From Candidatus Magasanikbacteria bacterium RIFOXYC2_FULL_42_28 (GTDB taxonomy: Bacteria; Patescibacteriota; Patescibacteriia; Magasanikbacterales; GWA2-37-8), in the NCBI GenBank assembly GCA_001784435.1, contig MFQZ01000010.1, positions 169,960-233,959 of the forward strand: a stretch of 64,000 bases of DNA. Reading direction: 5' to 3'. Both the position numbers and the translations under genes were made by a program. A model generated the notes under the pieces. The model made no database searches and was not told where the DNA came from. It was given only the letters and a program-made list of their open reading frames with translations. Below, piece after piece: positions 46,219 to 56,198 of this stretch (its first letter is position 1; every line of letters starts with the position of its first letter).

Positions 46219-47484
46219 ATGACACAAAAAAACACTACTGTGTCTAGTTTTAACACACTAGGCATCTCGGCGCCAATTCTAGCGATTTTAAATCAACTGG
46301 AATTCGCCACCCCGACCCCAATTCAACACCAGTGCATTCCGGCGGCGTTTGATGGGAAGGATATCGTGGGTATTGCCCAGACCGGTACGGGCAAGACCTT
46401 GGCTTTTGGTATTCCAATGATTCAATTGTTGGAGCAAAACCGTGGGCAAGGTTTGATTTTACTTCCGACCCGAGAATTAGCTTTGCAAGTTGATGAAGTT
46501 TTGCGTTCAATTGGTGGCAAGCTTGGATTGCGCACCGCTGTTTTAATCGGAGGCGCGTCTTCGTATCAACAAATTCAAGCGATTCGTCGCAACCCACATA
46601 TTTTCATTTCCACCCCCGGCCGTTTAATTGATCATTTGCAACAAAAAAATCTTTCCCTCGCGCGCATTAAAATGATTGTTTTAGATGAGGCCGACCGCAT
46701 GTTTGACATCGGGTTTGCTCCCCAAATTAAACAGATTTTAAATTACGCGCCGGCTGATCGCCAAACATTAATGTTTTCCGCGACCATGCCGAAAGAAATC
46801 GCCGAAATGGCCAATCGCTATATGCGCACGCCATGGAGAATTGAAGTCGCGCCGGCTGGCACAACGGTCGCGCAAATTGAACAAGAAATTTTTATCGTCA
46901 GCAAAGAATTACGTCCGCAGCTTTTGGATAAATTATTGGCTGACACAAAAGGCACGGTCTTGGTTTTTTCACGCACCAAACGGGGTGCTAAAAAAATTAC
47001 CGGGTTGATTCGGGACATGGGACACGCTGCCACCGAGATTCATTCGGACCGGTCTTTGGCGCAACGTCAAGCCGCGATGGTTGGATTTAAAACCGGAAAA
47101 TTTCGTGTGCTCGTGGCGACTGATATTGCTGCGCGCGGAATTGATGTGGACAATATTGAACTGGTCGTCAACTATGATTTACCGGATAATCCGGAAGATT
47201 ATGTGCATCGTGTTGGTCGTACCGGGCGCGCCGGTTTAACCGGTAAAGCGGTTTCATTTGTTGGCCCGGAACAAAGACGCGACATTCAAACAATTGAACA
47301 CTTGATTAAAAAATATTTACCAGTGGCGCCGTTGCCAGTGTTGCCACCGCGCCGTCCGATGGGCATTCGTCCGAAAGAAAATGATTTCGGCGGACATTAT
47401 CGCGGTGGCCGTCCGCAATTTGGTGGCAGACCTTCATTTGGTGGCGGTCGTCGCCCTGCGCCATATACGCGTAAGAAATGGTAA
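46219..47484 (+). CDS. DEAD-box ATP-dependent RNA helicase with C-terminal RGG-rich tail
   Basis: Q-motif, AQTGTGKT, DEAD (VLDEADRM), SAT, HRVGRTGRAG motifs; GGRPQFGGRPSFGGGRR tail. Start taken at the ATG 46219. Confidence 0.85.
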   Translation: MTQKNTTVSSFNTLGISAPILAILNQLEFATPTPIQHQCIPAAFDGKDIVGIAQTGTGKTLAFGIPMIQLLEQNRGQGLILLPTRELALQVDEVLRSIGGKLGLRTAVLIGGASSYQQIQAIRRNPHIFISTPGRLIDHLQQKNLSLARIKMIVLDEADRMFDIGFAPQIKQILNYAPADRQTLMFSATMPKEIAEMANRYMRTPWRIEVAPAGTTVAQIEQEIFIVSKELRPQLLDKLLADTKGTVLVFSRTKRGAKKITGLIRDMGHAATEIHSDRSLAQRQAAMVGFKTGKFRVLVATDIAARGIDVDNIELVVNYDLPDNPEDYVHRVGRTGRAGLTGKAVSFVGPEQRRDIQTIEHLIKKYLPVAPLPVLPPRRPMGIRPKENDFGGHYRGGRPQFGGRPSFGGGRRPAPYTRKKW

Positions 47485-47555
47485 AAATTTAATAAATTTA
47501 AAGCAATCTGTCGTTAGGCGGGTTGTTTTTTTGTAGAATAAAATAGTGTTGTAAT

Positions 47556-47584
47556 TTGACGGTTGGTTGTAAAAATCGTATAAT
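47556..47584 (+). promoter_or_regulatory. sigma70-like promoter TTGACG-N17-TATAAT
   Basis: Read directly. Confidence 0.45.
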
Positions 47585-47599
47585 ATAGAGACGTAAAAT

Positions 47600-48241
47600 A
47601 TGGATTTAGAATCATTTAAAGGAAAATATTATTTGTTTAATCCTGAACAATTCGGGAATATTTTTGTGTTTGTGGATTTTGGTAATGTTCGTCCGTGGGC
47701 TAAAGATTTTTGGCCAAAAGAAAATAAGTTTAGATTTTGTAAAGAAATAGATATAGCCAAATTGGCCGATGTTTGCAATTGGATTAACCCCAAGAAAAAA
47801 TTTTTTTATTATGGACATTTTAAATCGCGATTAGATTTGTTTAAAAATCATCCGGAAAATATCAAAAGTCGTAATTCAATTTTTCGTTTAGATAAAGCGA
47901 GAGGGTGTGGTTTTTTGGTTAAAACAAAAGAAATAAAAATGGTTCCACACCACGATGAAGATGGTTTATTCGTAGGTAAAGCTCCCAAGTGTAATTTTGA
48001 TGTTGAGATTACTATGGATTTGCTTACCAAAATTCATAAATATGACACCGTAGTATTGTTTTCCGGGGACAGTGATTTTAGTGGCCTATTGAGTTATTTA
48101 AAAAATAGAAATAAAAAAATAGTAGTAGTGTGTACTCGCGCTCGTATGAGCAAAGAATTGCAGGAAGTGGCCGACAAATTTATTCCGGCGGAGTCATTAA
48201 AAGAATTTTTAGTATATATAAAAAACACTCCGCCCGATTAG
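47600..48241 (+). CDS. NYN/LabA-like domain protein
   Basis: FVDFGNV near the N-terminus and VVLFSGDSDF match the conserved acidic motifs of NYN (LabA/DUF88) nucleases. Confidence 0.45.
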   Translation: MDLESFKGKYYLFNPEQFGNIFVFVDFGNVRPWAKDFWPKENKFRFCKEIDIAKLADVCNWINPKKKFFYYGHFKSRLDLFKNHPENIKSRNSIFRLDKARGCGFLVKTKEIKMVPHHDEDGLFVGKAPKCNFDVEITMDLLTKIHKYDTVVLFSGDSDFSGLLSYLKNRNKKIVVVCTRARMSKELQEVADKFIPAESLKEFLVYIKNTPPD

Positions 48242-48337
48242 GGGCGGAGGAATGGAATACGATCCTGGTATCGTTCAGGCGACGGTGCTTTTCAACACAA
48301 ATACACTATACCACACAAAAGTCATTTTTGTCAATGT

Positions 48338-48347
48338 TTATCCACAG
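48338..48347 (+). promoter_or_regulatory. TTATCCACAG box upstream of the RM gene
   Basis: One of four identical 10-mers (11397, 13134, 48338, 51469), all upstream of plus-strand genes. Confidence 0.3.
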
Positions 48348-48370
48348 GTGGTAAAATTTCAAAAAAACAG

Positions 48371-51300
48371 ATGAATTATATTAAAATTATGAAAAATGAT
48401 TTGGTAAATGAATACATAAAATCAATCACCGAAAAATATCAGTCCGGCCAAGCCAAAGAACATGCCTATCGTCCGGCATTACAAAAATTGTTTACCGACA
48501 TTACCGGTCTGAATGTCATCAACGATCCCAAACGAAGCGAATACGGCGCGCCGGATTTTTTGTTTATGAAAGGAAAAGTCGCCGCCGCTTACGCCGAAGC
48601 CAAAGATATTGGCGTATCGCTTGACGAAACCGAAAAAGGCGAACAACTTGCTCGCTATTTTGGCTATTCCAATTTAATTTTAACCGACTGTTTAGAGTTT
48701 AGATTTTTTCGTAATGGGCAAAAATATGAGGCGGTAAAAATTGCCGAAATTAAAAATGGCGAAATAGTCGCTGACGAAAACAATTTCGCGCATTTGGAAG
48801 ATACCATAAAAGAATTTATCAATGAAGCCAAAGAGCCGATAAAATCCGGTGCGGTGCTCGCTAAAGTGATGGCTGGCAAAGCGCGTCGTATTCGCGATAA
48901 TATCAAGAAATTTTTACATGACGGGGACACGCAAACCAATGAGAGTTTGTTGTCGGTGTATAATGTGATAAAAAAATTGTTGCTGGCCGATTTGGATTAT
49001 GACAAATTTGCCGATATGTACGCGCAAACAGTCGTGTATGGATTATTCGCGGCGCGTTATCATGATGAAACGCCCGACACTTTTTCCCGCCAAGAAGCGC
49101 GCGATTTGGTGCCGGTTTCAAATCCATTTTTGAGGCACTTTTTTGACCATGTGGCCGGACCGTCTTTTGACAAGCGCATTGAGTTTATTGTCAACGAACT
49201 TTGTGAGGAATTTGTCCACGCCGATGTGCAGGCGATTGTTCATGATTATTACAAAGTGGAAAAAGACGATAGCCGTGATCCGATTATTCATTTTTATGAA
49301 GATTTTTTGCAAGAATATGATTCGGCGGAACGCAAAAAGATGGGCGTATTTTATACTCCCTTACCGGTAGTGCGTTTTATCGTGCGCGCGTTAGATGATG
49401 TTCTCAAAAAAGAGTTTGGTTTAAATGGTCTGGCGGATTCTGCTAAAATTGAAATTAATAGTGTGAGCCAAGGCAAAAAGTTTAAACAGAGCGTTCACAA
49501 AGTTCAAATTTTGGATCCGGCCACCGGCACCGGAACATTTTTGAATGAAGTTATTTCGCATATTAAAAAATCTTTTGACGGCCAAGAAGGCCGTTGGGCG
49601 AATTACGCGCGCGAAGAATTATTGCCGCGTTTGCACGGGTTTGAAATTATGATGGCGTCATACACGATTGCCCATCTTAAACTGACGACTACGCTTAAAG
49701 AAAGTGGCGTAGATATTAACAGGGGGCGACTCGGAGTATATCTTACCAATAGTTTGGAAAAAGCTGAAAGCTACGATGATACTTTATTCGCAGGTTTAGG
49801 TTTGGGGCAGGCGATTACCGATGAGTCCATCGCGGCGAATAAAGTAAAAAATGATTTGCCAATTATGGTGGTGTTAGGGAACCCGCCGTATAATGTTAGT
49901 TCGCAAAATAAAGGCGAGTGGATTGGCGAGCTGATAAAAGATTATAAAAAAGATTTAAATGAGAGAAATATTCAACCTCTGTCGGATGATTATATTAAAT
50001 TTATTCGTTTTTCACAGTATCTGATAGATAAAAATGGCGAGGGAGTTATCGGGATGATAACCAACAATTCGTATATAGACGGCATTACCCACCGGCAAAT
50101 GCGCAAGTCGCTGTTAGAATCGTTTGACAGTATTTATATCTTGGATTTACATGGTAATGCCAAGAAAAAAGAAGTCGCGCCGGATGGTAGCGCCGATCAA
50201 AATGTATTTAGTATTATGCAAGGCGTATCCATCGCAATTTTTGTGAAAAAATCCGCCAAGAAAAAAACGCTCGGTGTGGTTTATCACGCCGAAATGTTTG
50301 GTAAACAAAAAAATAAATATGAAGCGTTAGATAATTCTGATTTTGAGAAAATGAAGTGGAACAAGATTAAGTATGAAGCGCCGTATTATTTCTTTGTGCC
50401 CAAGGATTTTGGGGCGAGCGAAGAATATGAAAGCGGATTTAAGTTAGACGATTTCTTTAGTATAAAGGCAGCGGGAATTAAAACTCATCACGATGATATT
50501 GTGATTGCATTTTCTGAAGATAATCTTAAAAAACAGATTTTGAATTATTGTGATAGCTCTAATTTCATATTTGATGTTGAAAAAATTAAAAAAATTTGTT
50601 ATAGGCCATTCGACGAGAGATTTTTGTATTATGACACAAAGATTGTCGTAAGACATAGAAAGGAGCAAATGAAACACTCTTTTTATTCTAATTTATCTCT
50701 TTTGGCTGGTAGGCAATCAAAATCAGATCAAATAAGTCATTTTTTTATTACCAATTTATTGTCTGAAATGAAAACAGCGGAAAGTACTACTGGATCTTAT
50801 CATTTTCCACTTTATCTCTACGCTGACGACGGCACCAAAATCCCAAATCTTAAAAAAGAAATCGTCCAAGAAATAGAGAAAATTACCGGCCCGATAACGC
50901 CAGAAAATATTTTGGATTATATTTACGCGGTTTTACACAGTCCTAATTATCGCGAAAAATATAAGGAGTTTTTAAAAATAGATTTTCCGCGCGTGCCGTA
51001 TCCAAAAGACAAAAATCAATTTTTTGCGTTAGCTAAGTTAGGCGAAGAATTACGCTATCTGCATCTGTTAGAAAGTCCAAAAGTAAATAGTTTTATTACC
51101 ACTTATCCGGTGGTGGGGGACAATATGGTAGAAAAAATTATTTACGAAAACGAAAAAGTATTTATCAATAAAACCCAATACTTTGGCGGTGTGCCCAAAT
51201 TGGCCTGGGATTTTTACATAGGTGGCTATCAGCCAGCTCAAAAATGGCTCAAAGACCGCAAAGGCCGAAAACTTACCAATGCTGATATAGAGCATTATCA

Positions 51301-51373
51301 AAAAATTATTGTGGTGTTGGTGGAAACGGGGCGGATCATGGGAGAGATTGATGGCGTGGGATTGATATTTTAA
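48371..51373 (+). CDS. single-chain Type IIL/IIG restriction-modification enzyme, MmeI-like (N-terminal PD-ExK nuclease plus gamma-class N6-adenine methyltransferase plus TRD)
   Basis: N-terminal D...EAK nuclease motif (PDFLF...AEAKD), methyltransferase motif I ILDPATGTGTFL and motif IV NPPY (VVLGNPPYN). 1000 aa. Confidence 0.6.
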   Translation: MNYIKIMKNDLVNEYIKSITEKYQSGQAKEHAYRPALQKLFTDITGLNVINDPKRSEYGAPDFLFMKGKVAAAYAEAKDIGVSLDETEKGEQLARYFGYSNLILTDCLEFRFFRNGQKYEAVKIAEIKNGEIVADENNFAHLEDTIKEFINEAKEPIKSGAVLAKVMAGKARRIRDNIKKFLHDGDTQTNESLLSVYNVIKKLLLADLDYDKFADMYAQTVVYGLFAARYHDETPDTFSRQEARDLVPVSNPFLRHFFDHVAGPSFDKRIEFIVNELCEEFVHADVQAIVHDYYKVEKDDSRDPIIHFYEDFLQEYDSAERKKMGVFYTPLPVVRFIVRALDDVLKKEFGLNGLADSAKIEINSVSQGKKFKQSVHKVQILDPATGTGTFLNEVISHIKKSFDGQEGRWANYAREELLPRLHGFEIMMASYTIAHLKLTTTLKESGVDINRGRLGVYLTNSLEKAESYDDTLFAGLGLGQAITDESIAANKVKNDLPIMVVLGNPPYNVSSQNKGEWIGELIKDYKKDLNERNIQPLSDDYIKFIRFSQYLIDKNGEGVIGMITNNSYIDGITHRQMRKSLLESFDSIYILDLHGNAKKKEVAPDGSADQNVFSIMQGVSIAIFVKKSAKKKTLGVVYHAEMFGKQKNKYEALDNSDFEKMKWNKIKYEAPYYFFVPKDFGASEEYESGFKLDDFFSIKAAGIKTHHDDIVIAFSEDNLKKQILNYCDSSNFIFDVEKIKKICYRPFDERFLYYDTKIVVRHRKEQMKHSFYSNLSLLAGRQSKSDQISHFFITNLLSEMKTAESTTGSYHFPLYLYADDGTKIPNLKKEIVQEIEKITGPITPENILDYIYAVLHSPNYREKYKEFLKIDFPRVPYPKDKNQFFALAKLGEELRYLHLLESPKVNSFITTYPVVGDNMVEKIIYENEKVFINKTQYFGGVPKLAWDFYIGGYQPAQKWLKDRKGRKLTNADIEHYQKIIVVLVETGRIMGEIDGVGLIF

Positions 51374-51468
51374 AGCGGAAGAGGTTGTATTTTTTGATCC
51401 ACAAAAGACACTAAAAGAGTGGAATGAGGGACTGGGTATATAGTGGGTTAGGTGATTGCCAAAAAAAC

Positions 51469-51478
51469 TTATCCACAG
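51469..51478 (+). promoter_or_regulatory. TTATCCACAG box upstream of hup
   Basis: See the 48338 feature. Confidence 0.3.
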
Positions 51479-51579
51479 GCCGATTTTATTAGGGATTTCC
51501 CTTATTTTCAAAAGAGTGTATACTATTACTGTGTATATCACAAGGTTTCATAACCTTTTTTATTCTTAACATTAAGTCT

Positions 51580-51861
51580 ATGGCAGGCATGACCAAGTCA
51601 GCCCTGTTGGCCGCTTTGGCGGAACAAACAGGTTTAGCGAAGAAGGATGTCGTCACCCTCACGGAGGCGATGACCGAATTGGCCTATAAAGAGGTCAAGA
51701 AATCAGGCGTATTCGTAGTCCCAGGTTTGGGCAAATTGGTAAAGGTGCACCGCAACGCGCGCGTCGGACGCAATCCAGCGACCGGAGCCACCATCCAGAT
51801 CCCGGCCAAGACCGTGGTGAAATTCCGCGTGGCCAAAGCTGCCAAAGAAGCGGTATTGTAA
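51580..51861 (+). CDS. hup: HU/IHF-family DNA-binding protein
   Basis: Typical HU sequence including the RNPxTGxxIxIPA arm region. Confidence 0.85.
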   Translation: MAGMTKSALLAALAEQTGLAKKDVVTLTEAMTELAYKEVKKSGVFVVPGLGKLVKVHRNARVGRNPATGATIQIPAKTVVKFRVAKAAKEAVL

Positions 51862-51879
51862 TTTTTCAGACAAAATAAA

Positions 51880-51910
51880 AATCTTCCGTAGACGTACGGA
51901 AGATTTTTTT
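51880..51910. terminator. bidirectional rho-independent terminator atcttccgta-gac-gtacggaagat plus T9
   Basis: 10-bp stem and T-run; the convergent minus-strand gene ends at 51910. Confidence 0.75.
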
Positions 51911-52950
51911 TACGCAAAAATTTTGGTAAGTTTCCAAAGGAAGGCGAGCAGGGCGAGGCCGGAAAGTAATAACGCCCAGGGGGTTTTAAAAATAAAGGCC
52001 AAGATCGCTATCACGCGGTATTGGATTTGCGCGCCGGATGGCAATATTTTGGCGATACCTTCAGCCGGTGGATATTTTTCTGATAATTTACTAAGTGTCT
52101 GCCAGAAAATCGGTTCATTGTTTTGGCCGGATTCGATAATTTTTTTTGTTTCAGCGCGTTTTTCTTCTAACACGGCCGCCACTTGTCCGATGACGCCGGT
52201 GTTAATGGGGGAGGTGGCAAAGGAAATTTTGTCGGCAATTGTGGACGGCAGAAATGATTTTGTCGGTTCGCTTGTTTCTGTTTCGTTAGCGGTTTGTTTA
52301 GTATTTTGGAAAATGTCAGTAATTTTTTGCGTGATATTTTCTACCGCGGTTTCTGCTATTTTTGTTTCAATTATATTTTCAACTGATTTTTCTTCGTCAG
52401 TAACTAACGGATCAGTGCCATTTTTTATTTCTTCTATATCACTTACGCGGTCATTGTCATCGTCTGGATCGGTGGCGTTGCCAATTTTGTCGTCGTCCGT
52501 GTCATGGTCAATTTCCTGGGCGTTGGTTATTGACTGCGCCGAAGGTGGCAATTCGATTGGTTCCGGTGTTTTTCCCGGCAGAGATTTTTTAGCATCAACT
52601 ATTTTTACTTTAATATTATGGTTTCCCGCTTCCACTTTCCAATCTGTCCATTTTTGGATTAATTGGCCACCGATTGACTCAAAATTTGTTTCCGAAATTA
52701 TTTTATCATTATCTGAAAATTGAATTTTACCGATTAAATCAAAGCCGGAATTATTTTGAAAAGCCGTATAGATCCGGATATTATCATTGGCGAAAAATTG
52801 ACTCTGTGAATACCAGATTCCATTGACAAAACCGGCGTTAACAGGCGTGGTTTCCGCATTAGCGGGGGAGACATGCACCCCTAAAAATATCACGCCGAGT
52901 ATCAGAATGAAAATTTTTTTGTTAATAGTTTTTGTTTGCGGAAAAAACAT
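51910..52950 (-). CDS. secreted protein with Asp-rich calcium-binding-like repeats and C-terminal TM anchor
   Basis: N-terminal signal peptide, DxDxDDD repeats (DHDTDDDKIGNATDPDDDNDRVSD), C-terminal hydrophobic helix. Confidence 0.45.
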   Translation of the reverse strand: MFFPQTKTINKKIFILILGVIFLGVHVSPANAETTPVNAGFVNGIWYSQSQFFANDNIRIYTAFQNNSGFDLIGKIQFSDNDKIISETNFESIGGQLIQKWTDWKVEAGNHNIKVKIVDAKKSLPGKTPEPIELPPSAQSITNAQEIDHDTDDDKIGNATDPDDDNDRVSDIEEIKNGTDPLVTDEEKSVENIIETKIAETAVENITQKITDIFQNTKQTANETETSEPTKSFLPSTIADKISFATSPINTGVIGQVAAVLEEKRAETKKIIESGQNNEPIFWQTLSKLSEKYPPAEGIAKILPSGAQIQYRVIAILAFIFKTPWALLLSGLALLAFLWKLTKIFA

Positions 52951-53091
52951 AAGTAAAGCATGGATATTATACTAAAATTATCTGTTTGGGTCAATTTTTG
53001 CGCTATTGTTATTGGTGGGTTTAACTGTTAAAATACGAGGAATAAGGGGCGATATGAAATATTTTTGAGTTTATCATTGTAATATAATTAT

Positions 53092-53637
53092 ATGGCAGTA
53101 TCCACGAAATTGAATGACGAGGAATTGGCAGTGGCAGTGCGCGCGCGCGATAAGGAATTATACGCGGAAATTATTTTGCGCTATGAAACGAAATTGGCGC
53201 ATTATTTGCGTAAATATATTCGTAGTGGCGATGAGTTGGACGATGTTTTACAAGAGACCTTTATTAAGGCCTATCGCAACCTATTTGATTTTGACGAAAA
53301 TAGAAGATTTTCACCTTGGATTTATCGCATCGCGCATAATGAGGCAATTAATCATCTAAAAAAATACCGCAAAGAAATAATTTCTATTGAGCCGGAAGAA
53401 TTGGAGATTGTTGATAGTAAATTAAATTTAGCAGAAAAAGTGGATGGGGTTTTGGCAAAAGAAAAAATTGAGCGCGCGCTGTCGCAGTTAAAAAATAAAT
53501 ATCGCGATCCGCTAGTGTTGTATTTTTTTGAACAGAAATCTTACGAGGAAATTAGCGACATTTTACATTTACCGATTTCTACCGTGGGGGTGTTGATAAT
53601 GCGCGGCAAAGAAATTTTGAAAAAGTATTTAATTTAA
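53092..53637 (+). CDS. ECF-type sigma-70 family RNA polymerase sigma factor
   Basis: Region 2 (FSPWIYRIAHNEAINHLKK) and region 4 HTH visible. Confidence 0.7.
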   Translation: MAVSTKLNDEELAVAVRARDKELYAEIILRYETKLAHYLRKYIRSGDELDDVLQETFIKAYRNLFDFDENRRFSPWIYRIAHNEAINHLKKYRKEIISIEPEELEIVDSKLNLAEKVDGVLAKEKIERALSQLKNKYRDPLVLYFFEQKSYEEISDILHLPISTVGVLIMRGKEILKKYLI

Positions 53638-53642
53638 ATTGT

Positions 53643-54422
53643 ATGGTAGAAAAAAATGACGTCGCCAACAAAGTAATGGAAAAAATTAAAGGTGGTAGCG
53701 TTAAATTGCGTTCCAAGTATGTTTTTATTTTGGAAAAGTTAAGCGCCAACGGCGCGCTGGTGTTAGTAGTCGCGCTCGCGGCGCTATTTTTTTGTCTGGT
53801 GATTTTTTATTTAAAAACTTCGGATAATTTAGCATATTTGTCTTTTGGTAGACGCGGGTTTAATCCGTTTATGCAGTCATTTCCCTATTTACTGTGTGGG
53901 GCTTTCGTTGGTTTGATTGGCGCGGGTGTTTATATTTTCAAAAAAAGCGCGACGGGTTTTCAGTATCCGGTAAAATATGTGATTACCGCTTTGGTGGTTG
54001 TAGTGGTCGCGGTGGGCGCGCTATTGGCATATATTGATGTCGGTGAACGTTTTGAGCGGCGCGTGTTTGAAAAGCGTGATTTTGGCGGGCGGATGTTTCG
54101 GCCGTTTTTACGTTCGGGATTAGACGAGCGCGCGGGTGGAATCGCGGGGAGAGTCGTGCAAGTTCGCGAAGGCGGGGCGTTAATTCAAACACCGCGAGGA
54201 GAAGAAACTGTTGATTTAACAAAATTAGAAAATTCTTTGTCGGAAAATTTATCTGATGGAATGTTTATCGTGGCGGTGGGTGACAGACGGGGAAAATTAT
54301 TTTTAGCGCGCGCGGCGAGAATAATCACCGCGGACGAAATGCCGATGATTGGACGCGGGGTCAATCGTCGTTTTGGGCCGATACCATCACCACGTTGCGG
54401 GAAAAGCAATCTTGGTTTTTAA
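53643..54422 (+). CDS. membrane protein downstream of the ECF sigma (anti-sigma factor candidate)
   Basis: Three hydrophobic helices; the position is typical of anti-sigma factors. No motif verified. Confidence 0.3.
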   Translation: MVEKNDVANKVMEKIKGGSVKLRSKYVFILEKLSANGALVLVVALAALFFCLVIFYLKTSDNLAYLSFGRRGFNPFMQSFPYLLCGAFVGLIGAGVYIFKKSATGFQYPVKYVITALVVVVVAVGALLAYIDVGERFERRVFEKRDFGGRMFRPFLRSGLDERAGGIAGRVVQVREGGALIQTPRGEETVDLTKLENSLSENLSDGMFIVAVGDRRGKLFLARAARIITADEMPMIGRGVNRRFGPIPSPRCGKSNLGF

Positions 54423-54433
54423 TAATTATTTGT

Positions 54434-56197
54434 ATGCAAAAAATATTTGGTTGGATGTTACGACACAAATTGCGCGTTGGGTTAATAATTTTAGTAATTG
54501 GCGTGATTGGTTATTTTGGTTGGAATAAATTTTTTCCGCCGACTGTGACTATTCGCTATGTGGAAGGTGTGATTGAGCGCGGGGTGTTGTCCACGACCGT
54601 GAGCGGGAGCGGGCAGGTTTCGGCCACGAGTCAAGTAGATTTAAAACCAAAAGCGTCCGGCGATGTCATCGCGGTAAATGTTAAAGTCGGTCAAGAAGTT
54701 AAAGTCGGTACTTTACTTTTGTCGTTAAACGCGCGGGACGCGTTAAAAGCGGTGCGTGACGCGCAGGATAGTTTGGAAACGGCGCAATTGAGCTTGGCAA
54801 AATTAAAAGCGCCAACGGACGCGTTATCTTTATTACAGTCGGAAAATTCTTTAGCCCAGGCCAAAGAGTCACTTCTGTCTTATCAAAATAGTTTAATAAA
54901 ATCCTATGAAGATGGTTTTAACACAGTAACGAACGCGTTTTTAGATCTGCCGACTTTGATTACCGGTTTAGATGGTTTGTTGTTGGATTATGATTTTGAA
55001 AATTATTCCAATGTCAACAATGCGGATTGGTATTTAAATGGTGGTATTAATTCTGATCGTGAAAATGAATACAAAATGCGAGCTTATCATGATGATGTTT
55101 TTACGTCTTATACCAAAGCGCGTACCGCCTATGAAGCCAGTTTTGCAAATTACAAGACCACTTCGCGCGCTTCCAGTACTTCTACGATTGAAGCGCTGAT
55201 TTTAGAGACGTATGAAACGACCAAATTAATCGCTGACGCGGTAAAAAATTATAGTAATTTTATTGACGCGGTGAAAGATAGTATCCAAAATAACAGTAAT
55301 TTTTCTGTCCCAGCGACTGTCGGTACCCACCAAACTACGCTTAGTGGTTATACCGGCAAAACCAATTCGCATTTAAGCAACTTATTATCAATTAAAAGTG
55401 CCATTGAAACCGCGAAGAATAATATTGTGAATACCACGCGCGGTATCGCGGAAAAAACTATTTCTTTCGCTGATTTACAAACCGGTCCGGACGCGTTGGA
55501 TTTGCGCACGCAAGAAATTTCCGTGAAACAAAAACAAAACGCGCTGTTGGACGCGCAAATAAATTTATCGGATTATTCCGTACGGGCGCCGTTTAGTGGC
55601 GTGATCGCGGCCCTAACCGCCAAAAAGGGCGATTCAATTTCGTCCGGTTCTTCGGTGGGCACTTTAATTACCACCCAACAGCAGGCAATTATCGCGTTTA
55701 ATGAAATTGATGTAGCAAAAGTTAAAGTCGGGCAAAAGGCCTCGCTTACTTTTGACGCGGTGGAGGCATTGACAATTACGGGTGAAGTGGCGGAGGTGGA
55801 TACAATTGGCGCGGTTACCCAAGGAGTTGTGAGTTATAACGTAAAAATTGTTTTTGATGTGCAAGATGAGCGCGTTAAGCCGGGCATGACAGTAAGCGTT
55901 AATATAATTTTAGCCAGTAAGCCGGATGTTTTGCTTGTTTCCAGTGGCGCGGTAAAATTTGGTGGTGGTAAAAATTATGTGGAACAATTAGACGCAACGG
56001 GCGCGTCGGTAAAAAAAGAGGTGGTGATTGGCGAAAGCAATGATACTCAAACTGAAATTGTGAGTGGGTTAAATGAAGGTGACAAAATTATTACACAAAC
56101 AATTAGTTTGGCGGTAACGACTGCGCCCACAGCGACCGGTGGCGGTGGATTTGGTGGTAGTAACGCGGCCGGGGCGGCGTTTCGTGTTTTGCGTTAA
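54434..56197 (+). CDS. HlyD/MacA-type periplasmic adaptor (membrane fusion protein)
   Basis: N-terminal TM anchor, lipoyl-like hairpins (VKVGQEVKVGTLLLSL), long coiled-coil. Start taken at the ATG 54434; the track gives TTG at 54395. Confidence 0.6.
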   Translation: MQKIFGWMLRHKLRVGLIILVIGVIGYFGWNKFFPPTVTIRYVEGVIERGVLSTTVSGSGQVSATSQVDLKPKASGDVIAVNVKVGQEVKVGTLLLSLNARDALKAVRDAQDSLETAQLSLAKLKAPTDALSLLQSENSLAQAKESLLSYQNSLIKSYEDGFNTVTNAFLDLPTLITGLDGLLLDYDFENYSNVNNADWYLNGGINSDRENEYKMRAYHDDVFTSYTKARTAYEASFANYKTTSRASSTSTIEALILETYETTKLIADAVKNYSNFIDAVKDSIQNNSNFSVPATVGTHQTTLSGYTGKTNSHLSNLLSIKSAIETAKNNIVNTTRGIAEKTISFADLQTGPDALDLRTQEISVKQKQNALLDAQINLSDYSVRAPFSGVIAALTAKKGDSISSGSSVGTLITTQQQAIIAFNEIDVAKVKVGQKASLTFDAVEALTITGEVAEVDTIGAVTQGVVSYNVKIVFDVQDERVKPGMTVSVNIILASKPDVLLVSSGAVKFGGGKNYVEQLDATGASVKKEVVIGESNDTQTEIVSGLNEGDKIITQTISLAVTTAPTATGGGGFGGSNAAGAAFRVLR

Positions 56198-56198
56198 T

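Noticed and set aside
11397-51478. TTATCCACA DnaA boxes as a replication origin
   Set aside because: The four boxes are dispersed over 40 kb, each in a promoter, with no dnaA/dnaN nearby and no clustered box array or AT-rich unwinding element. Promoter-associated regulation is the better reading.
51923-52723. Plus-strand 266-aa ORF overlapping the 51910-52950 minus gene
   Set aside because: The minus-strand frame has a signal peptide, Asp-rich repeats, a C-terminal anchor and a matching terminator. The plus-strand translation is Ser/Phe/Ile-rich low complexity.
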